From assembly GCA_030832185.1 (NCBI GenBank), contig JAURJQ010000010.1, positions 10,896 through 74,895 on the forward strand: DNA of 64,000 nt, in the 5' to 3' direction. How positions within the stretch are numbered: the first letter of the stretch is position 1; each line of letters begins with the position of its first letter. The position numbers and the translations under genes were made by a program. The notes beneath the pieces are model-generated. The model made no database searches and was not told the DNA's origin. It saw nothing but the letters and a program-made list of their open reading frames with translations. The DNA is from Chitinophagales bacterium. GTDB lineage: Bacteria > Bacteroidota > Bacteroidia > Chitinophagales > JADJOU01. Below are positions 30,313-40,574 of the stretch, piece after piece.

Positions 30313-32096
30313 AAAATATTGGGATTACACTAATTTGTTTATTTGCACTTTCAGAATTTTATGCACAATACAAGGCTCCTATATTGACTTGTGTGACTCG
30401 TAAAATAACTGGTGGGGCTTCTAATGAAATTACCTGGAAAGACCCGAATGAGACTTGTGGCACCTTTCAAGACTTTAAAATTTTCCATTCCACTAACAAA
30501 GCAGGTCCTTTTACCCTGCTGAATACAGTTACAAATATCGCTACAACAAGCTATATTCATACTGGGATTAATGCCACTAATACATATTATTATTATATGA
30601 CATCGAGCTATAGCTGCCCAGGCAGCAGCGCTTTCTCAGATACTATGACGGATACTTTGATGCCTTACCCTAGGCTGCTTACTATTTCAATTGAAAATAA
30701 CTTCCCAGTCTATAAATGGCTGCCAGAATCTAGTCACAAAAAAATATGGGCGTATGTGCTAATCAATTTTGGATCAGCCTATATTGATACTGTAATTGGT
30801 AGAGATAAAGCAGAATATATCGATTCTTCTTTTGATGTAAGCACGGGTGTATACACTGGTAATCTAGTAGGCTCTGTAAGTGAATGTGGAGAGAAGGGTT
30901 TAGCTCCACCGATATTCCGGCATAGACCTGTATTCCTTAGCCTAGTGAGCAGCCCATGCGAGGATGAGATAGAAATGAGCTGGACCAAGTATCAAGGCTG
31001 GGGACCGAATGATGAGGTTAAAGAGTATGAAGTATACGTCAAAAAGAATGGTAATCCAGAAGAAAAGGTAGCGACGAACGATTCATCAATCTGCACATTT
31101 CGATACAAAGATTTTCTATACGGAGATACACTTTGTATTCGGGTGAAGGCCATCCATCCTAGTCTATCTGATGTAAGTTCTTTTTCAAATCAGTTTTGCT
31201 TTGTCTCGACAAAGAGCCAAGTTCCCGATTTATTGCAGGCATTGAGTGCTAGCTATATTGATAATTTTAAGACGAATTTACGTTGGTATTGCTCTCCAGA
31301 TGCTATACCTAAGTCTTTTGACCTATTGGTAGTAGATCCTAGGAACGGCACAACGTTAAAAACTTTGGATAAAGTCAAATTTTCAAAAGAAGGAAAAGGC
31401 TATTATTCATTCTTAGATTCTTTTGGTGAATCCGCAAGACCAGTAGCCTATAGAGTGCGCTATGAAGATCTATGTAATAATAAAAGTGAAGGTGGGCAAG
31501 TGACAACCAATTTTATGACCCTAACTCAAATAGGATTGTATAAAAATGAAATCAAATGGCCTAAAGCTTATTTCCAAGATAGCATACTATATTCTAGATT
31601 GAACTATGAGTTATACTTTTCCATAAATGGAGGTGGCTTTATTAAGATAGCAGAGCCTGATATAAATGTAACAAGATATGAACATAATATAGAAGAGCAT
31701 TATCAGACCGAAGGAAGGTTTTGCTACAAGCTTCTGGTAAATTACAAATTCGACACGTTAAATCCACTATTGGATAGTATTTTTTTTATGTCATCTCCTA
31801 CACAATGTGTAAATATGCGGACGGTTCTGTGGATGCCGAATGCATTCAAAGTAAATGGTATAACTCCTACATTTAAACCTAAGATATATTTCTTTAATGC
31901 CACCTACTTCAATATGAAAATATTTAATCGGTGGGGGAGACAAATATTTGAAACATTAGATCCTAATTTGGGGTGGAATGGTATACAGGATAATGGACAA
32001 ATGGCTCCTGAGGAAAGTTATATTTATCTGGTATCCTATACTGGCAATGATGGTGTCAAGGTGGAAAAGACAGGAACGTTCACTCTAATTAAGTAG
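30309..32096 (+). CDS. T9SS cargo with type-B C-terminal sorting domain (FN3/Ig-like repeats)
   Basis: TTG start overlapping the upstream stop (ATTGA), with signal peptide MKNIGITLICLFALSEFYAQ. The C-terminus is MPNAFKVNG...KIFNRWGRQIFET...GWNG...ESYIYLVSY...GTFTLIK. Confidence 0.8.
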   Translation: MKNIGITLICLFALSEFYAQYKAPILTCVTRKITGGASNEITWKDPNETCGTFQDFKIFHSTNKAGPFTLLNTVTNIATTSYIHTGINATNTYYYYMTSSYSCPGSSAFSDTMTDTLMPYPRLLTISIENNFPVYKWLPESSHKKIWAYVLINFGSAYIDTVIGRDKAEYIDSSFDVSTGVYTGNLVGSVSECGEKGLAPPIFRHRPVFLSLVSSPCEDEIEMSWTKYQGWGPNDEVKEYEVYVKKNGNPEEKVATNDSSICTFRYKDFLYGDTLCIRVKAIHPSLSDVSSFSNQFCFVSTKSQVPDLLQALSASYIDNFKTNLRWYCSPDAIPKSFDLLVVDPRNGTTLKTLDKVKFSKEGKGYYSFLDSFGESARPVAYRVRYEDLCNNKSEGGQVTTNFMTLTQIGLYKNEIKWPKAYFQDSILYSRLNYELYFSINGGGFIKIAEPDINVTRYEHNIEEHYQTEGRFCYKLLVNYKFDTLNPLLDSIFFMSSPTQCVNMRTVLWMPNAFKVNGITPTFKPKIYFFNATYFNMKIFNRWGRQIFETLDPNLGWNGIQDNGQMAPEESYIYLVSYTGNDGVKVEKTGTFTLIK

Positions 32097-32744
32097 CTAC
32101 TCATTAATCCCAAAATAAAAAATTCGTTTGAGGGTTTTGTCATATTGAAAGACAAAAGGAATAGCTTCTGTTTCCCCTTGAAAATTTCCTCTATATTCGA
32201 TATTCTGTGGCTCAGACTGGTGCAGTGTAAATCCATCAAAGCTAATACTGGTTAACTTTAGATTAGATTGAAGCTGCTCATTAATCTGATTTAAATTAAA
32301 TAAATCTTCCAATGAAATTTTGTCTAAATCTACGTAACGAGCATTCTTTTCATTTTGGCTGCTTAGAAAGTTTTGAAGAAAAAGAGCGGCGGTTTCCATA
32401 CCGTTTTTATTGATTTTTAGCTCTGACAATGGATATATATATTCAAAGACCTGCTGATTAAAACGGATGCTCACTTTGGCTAGTCTTAGATCTCTTTTAC
32501 CTAGTTGGCTTTTAGTGGTATCAAGCAGCAGCAGCGCGGCGGTGGACGATTTGAAATCAAATCCAATTAGAGGAGCTTTATTGTAGTGAATATCTATGAG
32601 TATTGAATCTTTGGATTCAGATATAGAGAGCTGATCAGCACCAATATTTTTCCGAATGTCTTCACTTATATCGATATATGCATTTTCTTTACAAGAAACG
32701 CAGATACTTACAAAGATTAAAAATACTAAATGGTAGCTACGCAT
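32097..32744 (-). CDS. Hypothetical lipoprotein
   Basis: N-terminal MRSYHLVFLIFVSICVSC lipobox-like signal; no other motif. Confidence 0.5.
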   Translation of the reverse strand: MRSYHLVFLIFVSICVSCKENAYIDISEDIRKNIGADQLSISESKDSILIDIHYNKAPLIGFDFKSSTAALLLLDTTKSQLGKRDLRLAKVSIRFNQQVFEYIYPLSELKINKNGMETAALFLQNFLSSQNEKNARYVDLDKISLEDLFNLNQINEQLQSNLKLTSISFDGFTLHQSEPQNIEYRGNFQGETEAIPFVFQYDKTLKRIFYFGINE

Positions 32745-32899
32745 ATAAAAAATTAGACTTCAAAAATAACAACGAAATTTTAAAGAGAATCGTATAATAC
32801 GAATTTTGTCTGTAATAATGTGGGGCAAGTTATAAAGGTTATAATTCATTTTGTTTGAGGGCTTTCCACATTTATTTCATGTATAAATATCAATTTCAT

Positions 32900-32907
32900 T
32901 AATTTTG
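32900..32907 (+). promoter_or_regulatory. Candidate -7 box TAATTTTG for fbaB
   Basis: TAnnTTTG, 17 nt upstream of the ATG at 32925. Confidence 0.45.
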
Positions 32908-32924
32908 CTCCTAAAATCAGAGAG

Positions 32925-33983
32925 ATGAGTCAGAATTACGCTTCTATAATAGGTGATGAAAAAGCCAACCTGCTATTAAATTACTCCACCCCCGCTATCA
33001 ATAAGTCCTTGATTCACATGCCTAATGAGGATTTTGTATCTCAAATATGGGCGCAGAGTAATCGCAATATACCGACATTGAGAAGCTTACAGCAATTATA
33101 TGGACATGGAAGATTGGCAAATAGTGGATATATGAGCATTTTACCTGTAGATCAGGGTATAGAGCATAGTGCTGGAGCATCTTTTGCACCCAATCCTATC
33201 TATTTTGATAGTGAGAATATTGTCAAATTGGCGATGGAGGCAGGATGCAATGCCGTGGCTTCTACTTATGGCGTCTTAGGCTCTGTAGCTAGAAAATATG
33301 CTCATAAAATACCATTTATAGTTAAAATAAATCATAACGAATTTCTTAGTTACCCCAATACCTTTGACCAAGTTATGTTTGGTACCATAAAAAGTGCCTG
33401 GGAAATGGGTGCAGTAGCCGTAGGTGCTACCATCTATTTCGGTAGTGAGGAAAGCAGAAAGCAGTTAGTAGCAGTGGCAGAGGCTTTCGAATATGCCCAT
33501 CAACTAGGAATGGCTACTGTACTTTGGTGCTACACTCGAAATAATGCATTCAAAGTGGATGGTATGGATTATCACGCATCCGCAGATCTTAGTGGTCAAG
33601 CGAATCATCTAGGAGTGACTATTCAAGCTGATATTATTAAGCAGAAATTGCCCGTGAATAATGGAGGCTATAAAGCTACCAAACATGGAAAAACCCATGA
33701 AAAAGTTTATACGGAATTGACAACAGATAACCCGATAGACCTATGCAGATATCAAGTGGCCAACTGTTATATGGGCAGGGCTGGTTTGATAAATTCAGGT
33801 GGGGAGTCGAAAGGCGCTTCCGATATGGCCGAAGCTATAGAAACGGCTATCATCAACAAAAGAGCTGGAGGTCAAGGTTTGATTCTAGGCAGAAAAGCCT
33901 TTCAAAAAGATATGAAAGTGGGAATAGAATTAATCAATGCGGTTCAAGATGTGTACCTTGATAAAGGTGTGACGATAGCCTAA
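32925..33983 (+). CDS. fbaB: Class I fructose-bisphosphate aldolase (FbaB/DhnA type)
   Basis: 352 aa with blocks [29 protein letters not shown] (Schiff-base Lys region) and GRKAFQ. Confidence 0.85.
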   Translation: MSQNYASIIGDEKANLLLNYSTPAINKSLIHMPNEDFVSQIWAQSNRNIPTLRSLQQLYGHGRLANSGYMSILPVDQGIEHSAGASFAPNPIYFDSENIVKLAMEAGCNAVASTYGVLGSVARKYAHKIPFIVKINHNEFLSYPNTFDQVMFGTIKSAWEMGAVAVGATIYFGSEESRKQLVAVAEAFEYAHQLGMATVLWCYTRNNAFKVDGMDYHASADLSGQANHLGVTIQADIIKQKLPVNNGGYKATKHGKTHEKVYTELTTDNPIDLCRYQVANCYMGRAGLINSGGESKGASDMAEAIETAIINKRAGGQGLILGRKAFQKDMKVGIELINAVQDVYLDKGVTIA

Positions 33984-34007
33984 TTTGTTTTAATGTTTAT
34001 GATGTAT

Positions 34008-34040
34008 AAAAAAAGGACTGTTGAAAAACAGTCCTTTTTT
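34008..34040. terminator. Bidirectional intrinsic terminator between the convergent fbaB and LTXXQ genes
   Basis: A-run, then GGACTGTT, a GAAA tetraloop, AACAGTCC, then a T-run. Both strands read as a hairpin followed by a U-tract. Confidence 0.75.
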
Positions 34041-34065
34041 GTTGATATCAAGTAATTGAACGAGT

Positions 34066-34401
34066 TTAGTTCTTCCTATACTCTCTTCTTTTTTTTCTGA
34101 TTTCAGACATTTTTGCACCCTGTTCGTTGTTCAAGATGTTATCCACTTTGGCTTTGGTAGCCAGGTGCTCTGCCTTGCGTTGTTCTGTGCTCATAGTTTT
34201 TCTAGCTTCTTTAGTCGCTTTATGCTCCTTGTGTATTTCCTTAAGTTTTACCTTCTGCTCTTCGGATAAATTAAGGTCTTTCCTCATCTCCCTAAGTTTG
34301 GCTTTTTCTTCCGTTGAAACTTCTCTTTTTACTGGTTTATCTTGGGCGATAGCCCCGTTCAAAAGCAGACTAATTGTCAAAGCTAAAATTAATTTTTTCA
34401 T
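34066..34401 (-). CDS. Small periplasmic lysine-rich protein, Spy/CpxP-like (LTXXQ-type motifs)
   Basis: Signal peptide MKKLILALTISLLLNGAIAQ, helical Lys/Glu-rich body, and motifs LNLSEEQ and ILNNEQ. Confidence 0.45.
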   Translation of the reverse strand: MKKLILALTISLLLNGAIAQDKPVKREVSTEEKAKLREMRKDLNLSEEQKVKLKEIHKEHKATKEARKTMSTEQRKAEHLATKAKVDNILNNEQGAKMSEIRKKRREYRKN

Positions 34402-34504
34402 ATAATATAAATTTTGGGGTAAGTAATTTTATATCTTTGATATGAATTTTGATTTTAGGTTTAAACCTAGACAAAATTATCCCAAAAATTAAGATTAAAT
34501 TCCT

Positions 34505-34512
34505 TACTTTTG
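34505..34512 (+). promoter_or_regulatory. Candidate -7 box TACTTTTG for the atp operon
   Basis: TAnnTTTG, 41 nt upstream of the ATG at 34554. It lies inside the TTG-extended tracked ORF. Confidence 0.4.
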
Positions 34513-34553
34513 CAGCGCTTTTTAGTAAGATAAATATTTTAAAAGCATTTTCG

Positions 34554-35684
34554 ATGATTAATAGGTTGATTTTTAGTTTTTTATTTTCAGTAATATTTAG
34601 TTTTTTTGCTTCAGCTTCATCGGAGGCTCCTAATGCGTCAAGTAGCGATGATACAGCTGCGCAGGCTAAGCCTTCATCGCATTCCGAAGCGAATACACGA
34701 GTGACGTCTCATGATGTTCATAGCAAAACTTTCGATCCAGTAGGTCTTATTATGCATCATATTGCTGATGCGAATGAGTTTCATGTATTAGGTCATACCA
34801 GTATGCCTCTTCCTGTAATTATTTACAATAGGGATAAAAAGAATTGGTTCACTACTATGTCTTCTGCATTTCATGCTCATCACGGTGAAGGCACTGTAGA
34901 TGTGCATGGCTACAAAATGGAGCAAAGTAGAATACATCCTCTAGATGGAAGCCAAATCATTGATTTTTCGATTACAAAAAATGTATTCGGAATGTTACTA
35001 GGATTGATTTTGTTATTGATCGTTTTCTTTCTTGTTAGTAGAGCATATTCGAATCGTGAGAATGAAGTACCAAAAGGATTTCAAAGTCTTATGGAACCAT
35101 TGATTCAATTCGTAGCTCATGATATCGCTAAAGAGAACATTGGAAAAAATTATTTGAAATTTGTACCATTCTTAGTATGTATTTTCTTTTTTATTCTGAT
35201 GAATAATCTACTGGGGCTAATTCCAATATTCCCAGGAAGTGCAAATATTTCAGGGAATATCTCTTTTACATTCGCTTTAGGTTTTCTTGCATTTATAATG
35301 ATAAACGTGTTCGCCAAGAAAGATTATTGGGGGCATATCTTTGTAATGCCAGGCGTTCCTAAGGCACTATTGTTGATTCTCACGCCAATAGAAGTTATGG
35401 GTATTTTTATTAAACCAATTGCTTTGATGCTTCGTCTTTTTGGAAATATCACAGGAGGTCATATTGCTATTCTGAGTATTGCTAGTATGGTATTTATTTT
35501 AGGAAATGTAGGAAAGAGCATTGGAGGCTCCATTGGAGGAGGAGTTATAGCTATTCCGTTGCTGATATTCGTTAATGCGATGGAATTATTTGTGGCATTT
35601 TTACAGGCATATGTCTTCACTCTATTAACTTCCATATTCATAGGAATAGCGCAGGAGGAACACGCACATGCTGACCATCATTAA
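34554..35684 (+). CDS. atpB: F0F1 ATP synthase subunit a
   Basis: C-terminal conserved LMLRLFGNITGGH and FLQAYVFTLLTS. It has the long N-terminal extension typical of Bacteroidota. ATG 34554 is preferred to the tracked TTG 34449. Confidence 0.9.
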   Translation: MINRLIFSFLFSVIFSFFASASSEAPNASSSDDTAAQAKPSSHSEANTRVTSHDVHSKTFDPVGLIMHHIADANEFHVLGHTSMPLPVIIYNRDKKNWFTTMSSAFHAHHGEGTVDVHGYKMEQSRIHPLDGSQIIDFSITKNVFGMLLGLILLLIVFFLVSRAYSNRENEVPKGFQSLMEPLIQFVAHDIAKENIGKNYLKFVPFLVCIFFFILMNNLLGLIPIFPGSANISGNISFTFALGFLAFIMINVFAKKDYWGHIFVMPGVPKALLLILTPIEVMGIFIKPIALMLRLFGNITGGHIAILSIASMVFILGNVGKSIGGSIGGGVIAIPLLIFVNAMELFVAFLQAYVFTLLTSIFIGIAQEEHAHADHH

Positions 35685-35722
35685 TAAATCAAATATAAAT
35701 TAAATAAATTTTAACCCTTTAA

Positions 35723-35941
<219 letters not shown>

Positions 35942-35958
35942 GAACTTCAAAAGTATTT

Positions 35959-35992
35959 AGGGGAAGGGGTTGCCTTCCTCTATTTATTTTTT
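35959..35992 (+). terminator. Hairpin plus T-rich tail after atpE (intra-operon attenuator candidate)
   Basis: AGGGGAAGG (35959-35967) pairs with CCTTCCTCT (35973-35981) around a 5-nt loop, followed by ATTTATTTTTT. Confidence 0.45.
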
Positions 35993-36026
35993 ATGAAAAA
36001 AACAAGAAAAAGAATAATTTAAAAAT

Positions 36027-36545
36027 ATGATATTATTATTTGACCCAATTAGTTTAATAACACCAGATATTGGATATACTTTCTGGACTTTATTGGCATT
36101 TGTTATTTTTTGGATAATAGCTGGAAAGTATGCAGTAAAGCCTATTGTGAGTTCTATCGAGGCTCGTAATCAAAAGATTGAAGATGAATTGTTGTCTGCA
36201 CAGAAGGCTCGTCAAGAGTTCGAACAACTGAAATTGCAGAATGATGATCTTTTAAAAAGTGCAAGAGAGGAGAGACAGGTTATGCTTTTAGAAGCTAAGA
36301 AAGATGCAGATAGTTTTCGTTCTGCTGAAATGGCCAAATCGAAAGAAGATGCTACTAGACTATTAGAGCAAGCTAAGAGTGAAATAGAAAATCAGAAGCG
36401 AGCCGCTATCAATGAGGTAAAGAAAGAGTTAGGAACTATTTCGATAGGTATTGCCGAAAAATTAGTAAGAGAAAAATTGACAGACAGCGCATCTCAACAG
36501 TCTTTAGTAACCAAATTAGTCAACGAATCATTATCTTCTAATTAG
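36027..36545 (+). CDS. atpF: F0F1 ATP synthase subunit b
   Basis: One N-terminal TM helix followed by a long charged helix; position in the operon supports the call. Confidence 0.85.
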   Translation: MILLFDPISLITPDIGYTFWTLLAFVIFWIIAGKYAVKPIVSSIEARNQKIEDELLSAQKARQEFEQLKLQNDDLLKSAREERQVMLLEAKKDADSFRSAEMAKSKEDATRLLEQAKSEIENQKRAAINEVKKELGTISIGIAEKLVREKLTDSASQQSLVTKLVNESLSSN

Positions 36546-36550
36546 TAGAA

Positions 36551-37081
36551 ATGGCTATAGAAAAAAATAGTATTCCATACGCCAAGGCTTTGTTTAGCCT
36601 AGCTATAGATAAAAAAAATACCGCTGCGATTAAGACAGATGCCCAGACGTTGAAGTCTTTGGCTCAAGGTCACATTGAGTTTAAAGATCTTATATCTAAT
36701 CCTACGGTATATAATCAAACAAAATCTGATATTGTAAAAAATACCTTCGCGGGTAAACTGCAGCCAGAAACACTTAACTTCCTTTATTTATTAATTAAGA
36801 AAGGTAGATTAGGTCAGTTAGGCTCTATTTGTGAGACGATTATCCATTTAGTCAATCAATCTGAAAACCTAACGCAAGTGAGGTTAACTACGGCCACTGC
36901 TTTATCAGATACGGAGAAATCACAGATAGCTACTAAGTTTCTAGGCAATAGAAAGTATGAAATAGAAAGTATCGTGAATCCAGAACTTGTTGGTGGCTTT
37001 GTATTAGAATTTGACAATAAAATATTAGATAATAGCATATCTACCCAATTACAAACATTAAAAAATAATTTAATAAATTAA
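36551..37081 (+). CDS. atpH: F0F1 ATP synthase subunit delta (OSCP)
   Basis: 176 aa. N-terminal YAKALFSLA and C-terminal [18 protein letters not shown] are typical of the delta subunit. Confidence 0.85.
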   Translation: MAIEKNSIPYAKALFSLAIDKKNTAAIKTDAQTLKSLAQGHIEFKDLISNPTVYNQTKSDIVKNTFAGKLQPETLNFLYLLIKKGRLGQLGSICETIIHLVNQSENLTQVRLTTATALSDTEKSQIATKFLGNRKYEIESIVNPELVGGFVLEFDNKILDNSISTQLQTLKNNLIN

Positions 37082-37085
37082 GAAT

Positions 37086-38666
37086 ATGTCAACAGCAGTT
37101 AGACCAGATGAGATTTCATCTTTGCTCAAGGAGCAAATCTCCAATGTCAATTTATCCTCTACATTGCAGGATGTAGGTACCGTACTTCAAGTTGGCGACG
37201 GTATTGCACGTGTATATGGATTGAATAATGTACAAGCGGGCGAGCTCGTAGAATTCGGTAATGGAACTCAAGCTCTAGCTCTCAACCTAGAGGAGGACAA
37301 TGTGGGTCTCGTATTGATGGGCTCTTCAGAGGGTATCAAAGAAGGAGACCAGTGTAAATCTACAGGTAAAATCGCTTCTATCAAAGTGGGAGAGGGCATC
37401 GTAGGTAGAGTAGTGAATACGCTAGGTCAGCCAGTAGATGGGAAAGGACCTATCACAGGTGAATTACTAGATATGCCATTGGAGAGAAAAGCGCCAGGTG
37501 TTATCTTCCGTCAGCCAGTGAATGAGCCACTTCAAACAGGTATCAAAGCGATCGACTCCATGATTCCAATCGGAAGAGGTCAGAGAGAATTGATAATCGG
37601 AGACAGACAGACGGGTAAGACCTCTGTGGCTATTGACACTATATTGAATCAAAAAGAATTTTTCGATAAAGGTGAGCCAGTTTATTGTATATATGTAGCC
37701 TGTGGTCAGAAGTCTTCTACGGTAGCTAATATCGTGAGAGTATTGGAAGAAAACGGAGCTATGTCATACACTACGGTGGTGATGTCGTCTGCTGCAGATC
37801 CAGCTCCACTTCAGTTTTACGCACCTTTCGCAGGATGTGCTATCGGTGAGTTTTTCCGCGATACAGGTAGACCAGCTTTGATAGTATATGATGATCTATC
37901 CAAGCAAGCCGTAGCTTATAGAGAGGTATCTCTCCTTTTGAAAAGACCTCCGGGAAGAGAAGCTTATCCTGGAGATGTATTCTATCTTCACTCGAGATTA
38001 TTAGAGCGAGCTGCTAAGGTGGTAAAAGATGACAATGTAGCTAAGAATATGAATGACTTACCTGAATCTCTAAAAAATAGAATCAAAGGTGGTGGATCAT
38101 TGACAGCTCTTCCTATTATTGAGACACAGGCAGGTGACGTTTCGGCGTATATTCCTACCAACGTAATTTCAATTACAGACGGACAGATATTCCTTGAGTC
38201 TAACTTGTTTAACTCTGGTGTGAGACCAGCTATCAACGTAGGTATATCTGTATCTCGTGTGGGTGGTAATGCACAGATTAAAAATATGAAGAAAGTTTCT
38301 GGTACACTCAAGCTAGATCAGGCTCAATATAGAGAGCTAGAGGCTTTCTCTAAGTTCGGTTCTGACCTAGATGCAGCTACTAAGTCTGTATTGGACAAAG
38401 GATCTAGAAACGTGGAAATATTGAAGCAAGATTTATTCTCTCCACTTTCTGTAGAAAAGCAAATAGCAATCATCTATCTAAGTTCAAACAATTTATTGCG
38501 TAATGTCCCTCTCAATAAAGTAAGAGCATTTCAAAATGATTTCCTGAATACACTGGAAAAATCACATGCAGATGTCTTAGCTTCTTTGCGAACGAAAGCA
38601 ATCGATGAGGTAGCACCAGCATTGGTAGAGATAGCGAATACAGTATTAAAAAATTACGAAGGATAA
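37086..38666 (+). CDS. atpA: F0F1 ATP synthase subunit alpha
   Basis: Walker [10 protein letters not shown], then [16 protein letters not shown] and [21 protein letters not shown]. Ends in a double TAA stop. Confidence 0.98.
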   Translation: MSTAVRPDEISSLLKEQISNVNLSSTLQDVGTVLQVGDGIARVYGLNNVQAGELVEFGNGTQALALNLEEDNVGLVLMGSSEGIKEGDQCKSTGKIASIKVGEGIVGRVVNTLGQPVDGKGPITGELLDMPLERKAPGVIFRQPVNEPLQTGIKAIDSMIPIGRGQRELIIGDRQTGKTSVAIDTILNQKEFFDKGEPVYCIYVACGQKSSTVANIVRVLEENGAMSYTTVVMSSAADPAPLQFYAPFAGCAIGEFFRDTGRPALIVYDDLSKQAVAYREVSLLLKRPPGREAYPGDVFYLHSRLLERAAKVVKDDNVAKNMNDLPESLKNRIKGGGSLTALPIIETQAGDVSAYIPTNVISITDGQIFLESNLFNSGVRPAINVGISVSRVGGNAQIKNMKKVSGTLKLDQAQYRELEAFSKFGSDLDAATKSVLDKGSRNVEILKQDLFSPLSVEKQIAIIYLSSNNLLRNVPLNKVRAFQNDFLNTLEKSHADVLASLRTKAIDEVAPALVEIANTVLKNYEG

Positions 38667-38670
38667 TAAT

Positions 38671-38734
38671 AGTATTATGTATAATGTATTAAGTACAAGG
38701 TAGACTTAATACATTGTACATTTTACATAATACT
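38671..38734 (+). other. Two-tier AT-rich inverted repeat in the atpA-atpG spacer
   Basis: Outer arms AGTATTATGT (38671-38680) and ACATAATACT (38725-38734). Inner arms AATGTATTAAGT (38683-38694) and ACTTAATACATT (38704-38715). Both pairs are perfect complements. Confidence 0.6.
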
Positions 38735-38741
38735 TTAAAAA

Positions 38742-39620
38742 ATGGCAGGATTAAAAGAAGTAAGAGAACGTATCAAGTCGGTCAAATCGACCCAGCAGAT
38801 AACGAAGGCGATGAAGCTAGTATCGGCGGCTAAGTTAAAAAAAGCCACTAGTGCTATCACGCAGATGCGCCCTTATGCAGAAAAATTGCAAGAGGTGATG
38901 AATAATATTCTCGCTACGACTGATTTATCTGAATTGTCTCTAGGACTCAATGATGTAAGACCTGTTAGTAGAGTTTTAGTAGTGGTACTTACTTCTGATA
39001 GAGGTCTATGTGGGGGTTTTAATTCCAATCTGCTCAAGGCTGCTACGAATTTATTGAATAATAAGTATTCGAATCTTCCTAAATCAGATATCACTATTTT
39101 ACCTGTAGGTAAGAAGGCCTATGATTTTTTCAAGCGCACAGGTTATGATTTAAATGATGAGTTCTATACCTTGTTTACACAGCTTAGTTTTGAGGGTTCT
39201 AGTAAGGTAGCTCAGTTTATAGTAAATGCCTTTTTGAGTAAAGATTATGACAAAGTAGAAGTCATCTACTCTAAGTTTAAAAATGCTGCCGTACAAGAGT
39301 TTAAGGTAGAAGAATTTCTACCGATAGCTAAAGCAGAAACTCAGGCAGGTGTAAGCAAATCAGATTATCTCTTCGAACCGAATAAAGCCCAACTTCTAGA
39401 GGAATTATTGCCAAAGATTATCAAAACTACATTTCATAGATTTGCATTAGACACCAATGCCTCGGAGCATGGTGCTAGGATGGTAGCGATGGATAGCGCT
39501 ACGAATAATGCCGCTGACCTTATTAAGCGTCTAGAAATAGACTACAATAAGGCTAGACAAGCTGCTATTACCAATCAGATATTGGAGATAGTGGGTGGTG
39601 CAGCTGCACTGGATGCATAA
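38742..39620 (+). CDS. atpG: F0F1 ATP synthase subunit gamma
   Basis: N-terminal IKSVKSTQQITKAMKLVSAAKL and C-terminal YNKARQAAITNQILEIVGGAAAL. Confidence 0.95.
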   Translation: MAGLKEVRERIKSVKSTQQITKAMKLVSAAKLKKATSAITQMRPYAEKLQEVMNNILATTDLSELSLGLNDVRPVSRVLVVVLTSDRGLCGGFNSNLLKAATNLLNNKYSNLPKSDITILPVGKKAYDFFKRTGYDLNDEFYTLFTQLSFEGSSKVAQFIVNAFLSKDYDKVEVIYSKFKNAAVQEFKVEEFLPIAKAETQAGVSKSDYLFEPNKAQLLEELLPKIIKTTFHRFALDTNASEHGARMVAMDSATNNAADLIKRLEIDYNKARQAAITNQILEIVGGAAALDA

Positions 39621-39650
39621 ATTCAGCAAATTATTGCTAGTTAAAGTTTT

Positions 39651-39678
39651 AAGGCTGTCCGATTGGGCAGCTTTTTTT
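39651..39678 (+). terminator. Intrinsic terminator after atpG
   Basis: AAGGCTGTCC pairs with GGGCAGCTTT around a GATT loop (including G.T wobbles), followed by a T7 run. Confidence 0.7.
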
Positions 39679-39756
39679 ATATTAGTCGAAGTCTTGAATC
39701 ATTCCAATTCTGTTTAATTATATTTGTAATAAGTAATAAAAGAATTCAAATAAGGA

Positions 39757-40179
39757 ATGAAAATGAGAAACTTAGCTTTATTTTTCAGTGCATTGCTATT
39801 AGTTGGGTTTTGCGTTTTTTATTATCTAGTTCTGCTTTATTCAAAAGCAGAAGGCGGGTATAATGAATCTCATTACTTTAATAACAAATCAGAATCAGAA
39901 ATACTATTATATGATTATTGTAAGAGTGATATGCCAAAATCGGTATATAGGCTATCGCCAGATTCACTTTATCGTATTTGGTTAGATACAGGTTTGCCTT
40001 GCAAAGACTCTTTATTGATAGCTGTAAGCAGAGTTTATTATGGTTCAAAAGATTGGAATCCGCAGGTTGTTTGTATTTCATCATCTGACCTACATAATAA
40101 TCAGTTAAACATCATCTACAAGAATGATTCTTTATTGCTAGAGTTAAAACCTAGATATTTTTATCAAAAATTTTATTGA
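39757..40179 (+). CDS. Hypothetical membrane-anchored protein (140 aa)
   Basis: ATG start and an N-terminal TM helix (LALFFSALLLVGFCVFYYLVLLY); no recognisable motif. Confidence 0.4.
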   Translation: MKMRNLALFFSALLLVGFCVFYYLVLLYSKAEGGYNESHYFNNKSESEILLYDYCKSDMPKSVYRLSPDSLYRIWLDTGLPCKDSLLIAVSRVYYGSKDWNPQVVCISSSDLHNNQLNIIYKNDSLLLELKPRYFYQKFY

Positions 40180-40220
40180 TACATTTTGATAAATTATGAA
40201 TTTTATGAGCTTAGAATCTC

Positions 40221-40574
40221 CTAACACTTCGTATTCGGATTCGCATAATTATCGCTCTGATCTTCGTCCGTGTGGTCTAGGCATACGAAGTCCTTTTCTA
40301 TCAGGAGAAGAAGTTTTTCAAAATTATTTTTATAGGTAATTAGATCCGTATCATACCAGATGAGGGCTTCTGATTTAGGAATGTATATAGTGATTTTGTT
40401 GTTAGAAAACTGAGCTTCTAAGTCTTGAATTCCCTCTTTGGCCTCGAGCCTATAGCTAAATTCACCAGATGAAAATTCTGTTTTTTCTTCTACATAACCC
40501 TGCTCTTGGAGTTGCTTGACCTCTGTTTTCACCAATCTCAATCGAATGGTATTGCCTTTGATTCTAATTTTCAT
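40221..40574 (-). CDS. Small hypothetical protein (117 aa), last gene of the mobA-fdhD operon
   Basis: Its ATG overlaps the fdhD stop by 11 nt. The C-terminus is acidic (CLDHTDEDQSDNYANP). No motif recognised with certainty. Confidence 0.5.
   Translation of the reverse strand: MKIRIKGNTIRLRLVKTEVKQLQEQGYVEEKTEFSSGEFSYRLEAKEGIQDLEAQFSNNKITIYIPKSEALIWYDTDLITYKNNFEKLLLLIEKDFVCLDHTDEDQSDNYANPNTKC

Noticed and set aside
34127-34405. 92-aa ORF antisense to the LTXXQ-type gene
   Set aside because: It mirrors a Lys/Glu-rich low-complexity gene. The minus-strand product has a proper signal peptide and an ATG, and the terminator geometry fits that strand.
34449-34553. TTG-initiated 35-codon N-terminal extension of atpB in the ORF track
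   Set aside because: It contains the candidate -7 promoter box (34505-34512). The ATG at 34554 gives a normal hydrophobic N-terminus, so the extension is probably untranslated.
37988-38311. 107-aa antisense ORF inside atpA
   Set aside because: It lies entirely within a highly conserved CDS on the opposite strand. This is a typical shadow ORF with no independent signals. The antisense ORFs at 37467-37652, 36856-37038 and 38873-39094 were rejected on the same grounds.
39663-39863. 66-aa ORF starting within the atpG terminator
   Set aside because: It begins with TTG inside the terminator hairpin and overlaps the better-supported ATG ORF at 39757 in another frame.
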